From Bacteroidota bacterium (GTDB lineage Bacteria; Bacteroidota; Ignavibacteria; UBA10030; UBA8401), in NCBI GenBank assembly GCA_041658205.1, contig JBBAAO010000001.1, positions 838,800-902,799 of the forward strand: a stretch of DNA of 64,000 nucleotides, in the 5' to 3' direction. This document shows, one piece after another, positions 57,905 to 64,000 of this stretch. The position numbers were made by a program, and so were the translations under genes. Numbering within the stretch: position 1 is the first letter of the stretch; each line of letters begins with the position of its first letter. Below the pieces are notes generated by a model. It saw only the letters and a program-made list of their open reading frames with translations. It searched no databases and had not been told where the DNA came from.

Positions 57905-60091
57905 ATGCCGCCAAAAAATGGAGTCGACGTTACCGTTCAGGCTTCGTTCGATGGGTACAGTAAGACAAAAAAATTCCATGTCAACCCGGTAGAAAACCTT
58001 CTCGTGTTTTTAAGTGGGAATCCTCCTTTTCATCATAACAATAAAAGTTTTATTTTTGTGCTATCGTTTGACAGGAATTGGGAAGAAATCATATTACCGA
58101 ATGATGAACTGTTTCTTCTTACCATAGACAGCACACAATTTGGCACATTCTATAATGGAAACGATTCATTGGAAGAAATTCACGCAAAGTACAGCCAGCT
58201 GATGAACGGCGATGTTGTCAGCTATATCTTTAATGGTGATCCGATACGCAAGTATACACCCTTAAAGTTGACTGCACAATTGGAAAGAGACCCGACGGTT
58301 CGGGGCAAAACTAGCATGGCGATAAGTCAGCAAATTCATCATTTAGTTGCTCGTGTCGATCCTAATCCGGTGATACCGGGAGGAAGGTCAAACATAATTG
58401 TCCAACCACAAGATGCGGATAGTAATGATGTTGAATTGTATCTTTATCAAGACGCTGAAATGCGAATTTGGTATGACGATACCACATACGGAAAGTTTGT
58501 TGCAGACTATCCACTTCCTGCAGTTGTCAGCGAGGAACGCGATACTCGCAATGTTCAAGTAATCGGGAAGATTGGAGAGTCAAACATACCTGAATATGCC
58601 CTTGCTCAAATTGAAAAGAAATATTCAAAGTTATTTGGACGAAAAATCGAACCTGCTAAAACTCCAAAGAAATCTGCAACAGTTGAGCAACCAAATATTC
58701 CCATTGAAGGGCAATTTTATCTTGAGACATTATTCCCAAGACCTAATGAAATTATAGCGGCGTTTGAAGCCAAAGACACAGCAATACATTTACCGCGAGA
58801 TGTCAATTTTACAGTAGTACAATATTACACATATTTTATTGAAGGGGTTAAATATTATCAACCGGGATATTTGGGGACAGGAAAGGTAGTAATCGAAAAT
58901 AATGAAGAAAAATTATGTCCAGTAGTATCCATATTCCCGGAGCGAATTAAAGCAGGAGAAACGGCAGAAGTGATAGTGAAAGGGAAAAAACAAGATGGAA
59001 CTATTGTAGACTATCCTTCGGGAACACAGTTTACGTTTACAATTACGAGCGGTGCAGAATTTGGAATGATTGTTGGCAACACCAGTCCTGCACAGTACGT
59101 TGCGAAGGAGGAGATTAATACTGATAGTGCCGTAGTTACAGTACAGGTTGCGATTGCAGGTGGCAGTACAATGGCGATAAAGAAACGTGGTGTTCAGGCA
59201 AATAGTGCTGGTGCTTTTGAGTGCAGTGTGCCGGTGGTGAGTGTAGCAATAGTTTCAGAACCGAAGTTAGAAGTGATTTATCCAACAGACGGGCTTTTCG
59301 ATGAGAAAAAGATTAGCGCAGTCCCACAAATGCCAGTTGCTTCGTTAAAGGCACGCTTGCAACATTATAACGGAGGAACAGTAAACTACGTTTGGCATTT
59401 CCAGGCGGAATGGATTGGACATGACGGCAGAAATATTAACCAATGGTTTACAGGAAATACAATAGCACAAAATGCAGATCAGAGCATATGGGATGTAAAT
59501 TGGAACGGAGTGATACGCGGCGGTGATAGATCGACTCTCTATGTAACAGCAACTGCTGATGGGAAAGTGTATGACAAGGCTGTATTTGATGGTTTGAAAA
59601 TTACTGGATTGAATCCATCAAAAGACGAAGTGAAAAGCGGGTTGAGTTTGGAGGAACAAGTAATTGTGTACAAAGAAAGCAAACCAAAATGGCACCACTT
59701 TAAAAGCGATGGTTTTCCGATTTTTGGTATTCCACATGGTTACGGTCTTATGCAAATTGATAATCCACGTGCCACTGACGAACAAGTTTGGAATTGGAAG
59801 GCAAACAGAACTGCCGGGAAAACACTTTTTGAGGAAAAGAAAAGAATGGCAGCAGCCCATCTTAGAAATGTGAAGAAGAAATATCCTTCTGCCAATTTTA
59901 CTCAGCAAGAACAGTTAACTGAAGAATTTCAATTGTATAACGGACAATATTATTGGGTGTGGACTGTAACGGATGAGGAAAGTAAATCTGGTCAATGGAC
60001 AAAAAATTCAAAATTAAACCGAGATTATGGCGGAGATGCTATTCAAATATACAATGCAGTAACCGGTGGTCATCCACCGGCTGGCTGGTAA
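57905..60091 (+). CDS. Large hypothetical protein (728 aa) with a possible C-terminal lytic-transglycosylase/lysozyme-like domain
   Basis: No signal peptide of its own. The C-terminal region contains ES…GYGLMQI…IQIYNAVTGG. This is reminiscent of the SLT-family ES/GLMQ/AYNAG motif order, but the spacing is longer than canonical. Tentative. Confidence 0.5.
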   Translation: MPPKNGVDVTVQASFDGYSKTKKFHVNPVENLLVFLSGNPPFHHNNKSFIFVLSFDRNWEEIILPNDELFLLTIDSTQFGTFYNGNDSLEEIHAKYSQLMNGDVVSYIFNGDPIRKYTPLKLTAQLERDPTVRGKTSMAISQQIHHLVARVDPNPVIPGGRSNIIVQPQDADSNDVELYLYQDAEMRIWYDDTTYGKFVADYPLPAVVSEERDTRNVQVIGKIGESNIPEYALAQIEKKYSKLFGRKIEPAKTPKKSATVEQPNIPIEGQFYLETLFPRPNEIIAAFEAKDTAIHLPRDVNFTVVQYYTYFIEGVKYYQPGYLGTGKVVIENNEEKLCPVVSIFPERIKAGETAEVIVKGKKQDGTIVDYPSGTQFTFTITSGAEFGMIVGNTSPAQYVAKEEINTDSAVVTVQVAIAGGSTMAIKKRGVQANSAGAFECSVPVVSVAIVSEPKLEVIYPTDGLFDEKKISAVPQMPVASLKARLQHYNGGTVNYVWHFQAEWIGHDGRNINQWFTGNTIAQNADQSIWDVNWNGVIRGGDRSTLYVTATADGKVYDKAVFDGLKITGLNPSKDEVKSGLSLEEQVIVYKESKPKWHHFKSDGFPIFGIPHGYGLMQIDNPRATDEQVWNWKANRTAGKTLFEEKKRMAAAHLRNVKKKYPSANFTQQEQLTEEFQLYNGQYYWVWTVTDEESKSGQWTKNSKLNRDYGGDAIQIYNAVTGGHPPAGW

Positions 60092-60121
60092 TATAAAAAT
60101 CATTTTTGAGGAAGAAGTATT

Positions 60122-61489
60122 ATGAAACTAAAATTCATCGTTCTATCAATACTGATAAGTACAGTAGTATACACACAACCTTATTATTATTATGGTAAGA
60201 GCAATCCGAATGGAGATGAGAAACCCGGCGGGTACAGCATAGATATTTATAGGTTGAATTTGACAACAAATATTAGTGAGCCGTTCTTGATAGATGTCGG
60301 TCGAGTGAATAGTCCAATGTATCCTAACATAGAACAGTCTAAAATTTTTTTCCTGCTAAGATTTTCACTTATGGTTATTGATGTTAAAGATGTTTCCCCT
60401 CGAGCCCAAGAGATTATGAGCGGTATAAACGAAATTGTTGAAATAAAAGATTCTCCTGCAATGAATCGGTATTACATCGTGTTTGATGATAATATTGAAG
60501 GTAATAGAAAAATGGTCGTTTTGGACCGACTAACTGTCCAACCGATTGATACGATTTATGAAAAGGATGCATGGTTTAATTCGTTCTTATCTCAAGACGA
60601 AAAAAGTCTCTATCAGCTCGAAGATGATTCTACAGGTATTTATTTTTCAGAGTATGGTATAGAACAAAAGCAACAGAGGAACTCCCAAAGGATTGGCAAT
60701 TTTGGACCATTTCTTTCTGCTCCTTATCAGCGCGATTCCAAAGCAGGTTATGTCCTTGTTAGTTTTGCCAGCATGGACATGAGTTTCCATGATGAGGATC
60801 CATATATAATGAATAAACATTATGTAGTTTGTAATATAAACGACAAAAACATGTACATTCCTATAAAATTCCCCTGGAATTCGCAAGGTTATTTGTCTCC
60901 TTCATCAAACTATGTAGTTCTTGAACAACGGATTGTTGATTGGTCTCAACCGGACGGGAAATACCATACTGGAAATATTTCTGTCTTTAACGCTCAGTCC
61001 GGTCAACTAATGCAACATTTACAACTGCCTCCACAGGGGAAAATATTACTTTTTAATAATTATCCCGACAAACTATTTTATTTAACCGGAACAGAAGGTT
61101 CATTTCAATCACTCGAAATATCACTTAGTGTTATCACCCCAACAGCAACACTCATTGATACTCTGATATCTTTGATCAATCAATCCTATGTGCAGAACTG
61201 GCTTGGCGATAAAAACTTCGTCAACGAACTCACCAACATACTCAACAACGCCAAAAAACACTTGATAAAAAAAGATTCAGTGATCTGTTATAAAAAAGTA
61301 AAAGAGTTTCAAAAGAAAGTGGATGAAGTCTATGAAGAGGCAATAGAGAAAGAGAAAAAACACGAAAAAAGGGAAAATAAATTTGTAACAGTAGAAGGGT
61401 GGAAATTTCTTTATCACAATGCACAATACATCATGGATCGTCTGCCGCATAAAAATAACGATAAGGGTGACGACAAGGAAGAAAACTAA
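60122..61489 (+). CDS. Hypothetical exported protein with a Lys/Glu-rich C-terminus
   Basis: 455 aa with a signal peptide (MKLKFIVLSILISTVVYTQ). No recognisable catalytic motif. Confidence 0.55.
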   Translation: MKLKFIVLSILISTVVYTQPYYYYGKSNPNGDEKPGGYSIDIYRLNLTTNISEPFLIDVGRVNSPMYPNIEQSKIFFLLRFSLMVIDVKDVSPRAQEIMSGINEIVEIKDSPAMNRYYIVFDDNIEGNRKMVVLDRLTVQPIDTIYEKDAWFNSFLSQDEKSLYQLEDDSTGIYFSEYGIEQKQQRNSQRIGNFGPFLSAPYQRDSKAGYVLVSFASMDMSFHDEDPYIMNKHYVVCNINDKNMYIPIKFPWNSQGYLSPSSNYVVLEQRIVDWSQPDGKYHTGNISVFNAQSGQLMQHLQLPPQGKILLFNNYPDKLFYLTGTEGSFQSLEISLSVITPTATLIDTLISLINQSYVQNWLGDKNFVNELTNILNNAKKHLIKKDSVICYKKVKEFQKKVDEVYEEAIEKEKKHEKRENKFVTVEGWKFLYHNAQYIMDRLPHKNNDKGDDKEEN

Positions 61490-61533
61490 TGTTTATAATG
61501 CCGATCGTTTCAAATACACGGAGGAATTCTTTA

Positions 61534-62160
61534 ATGAAGATTTTATTTGTCATCCTCTTATTGAGCGAAGTAATTGTCGCTCAAAATAAACTTCCATTTG
61601 CATCGCAGAACAATGTAATTGAGCTTGCCGTTAAAAACTCTTCAAGTGTAGATACTAAAAATGTCGTTGTCGAAGTAGTGAATGCACCTGAATGGTTGAA
61701 GTTCACAAGTCTCAAAACCTTCATTTCGAATCTCGAATCAAATACAGCACAAACAGCTAATTTTACTTTCTCTGTTGATAAATCCGCGCCCGTAAACAGA
61801 CAGGAAGAGGTAACATTCACAATTTCCAATGCAAACGGCGAAAAGTGGTCAAAGATACTATCGTTACAAATTGCCCCGCCGGAGAAATATGAACTTTTTC
61901 AAAACTTCCCAAATCCATTCAATCCAACCACAACTATCAGTTACCAACTTCCGGTAACAACTGGTGTCTCTCTAAAAGTATTTGACATTCTTGGAAAAGA
62001 GGTTGTAACATTGGATGAAGGAGTGAAGGAGGCGGGATATCATCAACAAATTTGGAGTGCATCAAACATGGCAAGCGGGATGTATTTGTATCAGCTTACA
62101 TTTAAGAACCTAAAAGGTGAAGTGGAGCATTATCGGAAAAAATTATTAGTACTGAAGTGA
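61534..62160 (+). CDS. Small exported protein with a T9SS C-terminal sorting domain
   Basis: GGAGG RBS then ATG 61534 (MKILFVILLLSEVIVAQ). The C-terminal domain is YELFQNFPNPFNPTTTISYQLP…GMYLYQLTFKNLKGEVEHYRKKLLVLK. Confidence 0.65.
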   Translation: MKILFVILLLSEVIVAQNKLPFASQNNVIELAVKNSSSVDTKNVVVEVVNAPEWLKFTSLKTFISNLESNTAQTANFTFSVDKSAPVNRQEEVTFTISNANGEKWSKILSLQIAPPEKYELFQNFPNPFNPTTTISYQLPVTTGVSLKVFDILGKEVVTLDEGVKEAGYHQQIWSASNMASGMYLYQLTFKNLKGEVEHYRKKLLVLK

Positions 62161-62170
62161 GTGTTCAAAC

Positions 62171-62199
62171 AGAAACGGCGGCTCGTGCCGCCGTTTTTC
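62171..62199. terminator. Bidirectional rho-independent terminator between convergent genes
   Basis: AAACGGCGGC-tcgt-GCCGCCGTTTTT has a 10-bp GC-rich stem. Confidence 0.75.
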
Positions 62200-62224
62200 C
62201 AACACCATCTTTCCAATTGATAGT

Positions 62225-63133
62225 CTATACTCCTTTACCGTTCATTTTAGATTCAATTCTCTGAAGTTCCTTCTGACGACGCGGCAGTTCTTTCATCCGT
62301 ATTTCCATCTCTTTGTGTAGTTGGTTCATCTGCGGTTCAAAATGGAAGTTGAAATTTCCCGGCATGTGGTCTCTCCAATACATTTGTTCATTCTCTTCTG
62401 AAATTTCCAAGGTAACAGTAATCTTTTTCCCTTTACGCATCAGTTCAATATTGGCTTTATCATCTTCTTCATAATCCGAAAAGGCATCACGAACATCCTC
62501 TACGTCTTTAATGGATTCATCACCGATTTTCGTGATCACATCGCCCGCCTTTATTCCCGCTTTTGATGCATTCTCATCCTTTTCCACATCCGTTACGAGA
62601 ACGCCTTTCCCATTTGGAGCTTCAAAATATTCACCCAGTTGTTTGTTTAATTCCATCAATTCCATCCCTTCGTAATCACCGCCAAACATATTTACCACAA
62701 CTCTCGGGGCACGCGGAGCCATGACAGCAAATGGCATCCGCATTTTATTTTTTCCAACGTTCACACCAATAGTTTTGTTTTCTCCTTTACGATTTATCTT
62801 CACATTCACTTTTGTTCCGGGTGTTGTTTCGCGGACTGCATCCGTCAGATCTTCCGACGCCTCAATCTTTTTTCCGTTGAATTCAACAATAACATCTTCT
62901 TCTTGTAATCCTGCAGAATCAGCAGGACTGTCCTCAACAACTTCGTTGATAAAAGCCCCTTCTTTGATTTTCAATTCATGATCGCGGGCAAATCGTGGTG
63001 TGACATCCTGAATAGATACTCCCAGCCACCCCTGTTTTTTTGATTTTTTTTGTCGTTCTTTGTTTCCTTCTTGTTCGGCAAACATCAACACACTCGAAAG
63101 CAGTAAAAGAACAATGAGTACACGAGATTTCAT
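62225..63133 (-). CDS. Periplasmic protein with two PDZ domains (no protease domain)
   Basis: Signal peptide MKSRVLIVLLLLSSVLMFA with a GGAGG RBS (the track ORF extends to 63205). Two PDZ-like segments (…GAFINEVVEDSPADSAGLQEEDVIVEFNGKKI… and …GVLVTDVEKDENASKAGIKAGDVITKIGDESI…). Confidence 0.7.
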   Translation of the reverse strand: MKSRVLIVLLLLSSVLMFAEQEGNKERQKKSKKQGWLGVSIQDVTPRFARDHELKIKEGAFINEVVEDSPADSAGLQEEDVIVEFNGKKIEASEDLTDAVRETTPGTKVNVKINRKGENKTIGVNVGKNKMRMPFAVMAPRAPRVVVNMFGGDYEGMELMELNKQLGEYFEAPNGKGVLVTDVEKDENASKAGIKAGDVITKIGDESIKDVEDVRDAFSDYEEDDKANIELMRKGKKITVTLEISEENEQMYWRDHMPGNFNFHFEPQMNQLHKEMEIRMKELPRRQKELQRIESKMNGKGV

Positions 63134-63455
63134 ACATCCTCCAATAATAAGAGAGAGTGAATAATCGGGGTCTTTAGTTGAAAAATTAGACGCTGGTGTT
63201 TGCATTATGTTCCCTCAGGACACGACACTCAAGAAAATCTTGAGGATTGTAGACAAACATATTTTTTCTTCATAAGTTGCAATTCATTGCCTGTTATATA
63301 AGTTTCTGGGTCGTCTTGAAAATGCTAAAACATCATAGACGAAGTTGGGTTGAAGAATCTGATTTACGTTTTTAATTATTTTTTTAGTTTCAGAATGGTA
63401 GGGGCTTACATTTGAGATGAATTCATAATTATTCACTATTGATATTTAAAAATAT

Positions 63456-63983
63456 ATGGCTAAAGAGAAAAACACATTTTCCTTTTCTTCCACATTGGAG
63501 AAATCAGACAATAAACTATGGGGATGTCATTTCCCCGTACCAAAAACGATTGCTGATAAACTCGTGGATGAAGAATCGAAGCGGGTTGTCTGCACAATTA
63601 ATGGGAAGGAATTGTACCAATGTGCCATTCTTTTTTATAAAAAAGCGAAGCCTGTTATATCCGTGAATAAAAAAATTCGGGATTCATTGGGTGTCTCCTT
63701 TGGGATGGATGTAGAAGTAATGTTGAAAAAGGATACGAGTGAATACGGTTTACCTTTGCCGGAAGAACTGTTAGAGGTGTTTCGTCAGGATCCGATGGGA
63801 AAAAAATTGTTCCATGCATTAACTCCGGGAAAACAACGAACACTCTTATACATTGTTGGCAACGTAAAGGATCCGGATAAAAAAGTGATGCGCTCGCTTG
63901 TTATTGTGCGGCATTTAAAAGAAAATAAAGGCGTCATCGATTATAAAAAATTAAGTACCCTGCTGAAAAATCCTTACAAATGA
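63456..63983 (+). CDS. DUF1905 + YdeI/OmpD-associated family protein
   Basis: 175 aa. The N-terminal DUF1905-like segment (…WGCHFPVPKTIADKLVDEESKRVVCTINGKE…) and the C-terminal YdeI-like segment (…LPEELLEVFRQDPMGKKLFHALTPGKQRTLLYIVGNVKDPDKKVMRSLVIVRHLKE…) are both present. Confidence 0.65.
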   Translation: MAKEKNTFSFSSTLEKSDNKLWGCHFPVPKTIADKLVDEESKRVVCTINGKELYQCAILFYKKAKPVISVNKKIRDSLGVSFGMDVEVMLKKDTSEYGLPLPEELLEVFRQDPMGKKLFHALTPGKQRTLLYIVGNVKDPDKKVMRSLVIVRHLKENKGVIDYKKLSTLLKNPYK

Positions 63984-64000
63984 CCCGTATCAATCTTGCG

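Overview
This 64-kb window looks like a chromosomal segment from a bacterium of the Fibrobacteres-Chlorobi-Bacteroidetes (FCB) group, possibly Ignavibacteria-like. Several exported proteins carry type IX secretion system (T9SS) C-terminal sorting domains, coding density is high, and GC content is about 40%. The lineage call is an inference from sequence features only.

Core genes are mixed with many exported proteins:
- **Housekeeping:** a CCA-adding enzyme, thyX immediately followed by folA, era, carB and cstA.
- **Peptidases and enzymes:** an S46 dipeptidyl-peptidase, a class I/II aminotransferase, and an RlmI-like rRNA methyltransferase.
- **Efflux:** a six-gene operon (TolC, membrane fusion protein, a TPR protein, ABC ATPase, two FtsX-type permeases).
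- **Regulation:** a propeller/Y_Y_Y sensor histidine kinase, and an ECF sigma/anti-sigma pair flanked by two TonB C-terminal-domain paralogs.
- **Small pairs:** OsmC, and an NfeD–SPFH pair.

No rRNA, tRNA, CRISPR, transposase or integrase was seen.

The observations most worth a second look are these:
1. A ~155-bp hairpin-containing element occurs twice in inverted orientation (about 37.0 kb and 52.9 kb). It resembles a miniature inverted-repeat transposable element (MITE) or regulatory repeat and brackets a 15.7-kb block.
2. That block opens with a membrane-anchored CHASE2-type σ54 activator, followed by three exported proteins. The last is a 1245-aa CHRD-domain T9SS cargo preceded by a σ54-like -24/-12 motif.
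3. Two large exported-protein genes are each interrupted by a single in-frame TAA (17485–17487 and 57842–57844).
4. Eight or nine consecutive genes at 53.5–62.2 kb all encode exported proteins. One has a possible lytic-transglycosylase-like C-terminus.
5. A conserved palindromic terminator motif (TGACCGTCACCT…AGGTGACGGTCA) appears at two convergent gene junctions.
6. A lipoprotein combines a Planctomycete-type cytochrome-c-like motif with YVTN β-propeller repeats.

All family assignments were made by eye from motifs; I could not run any database search.
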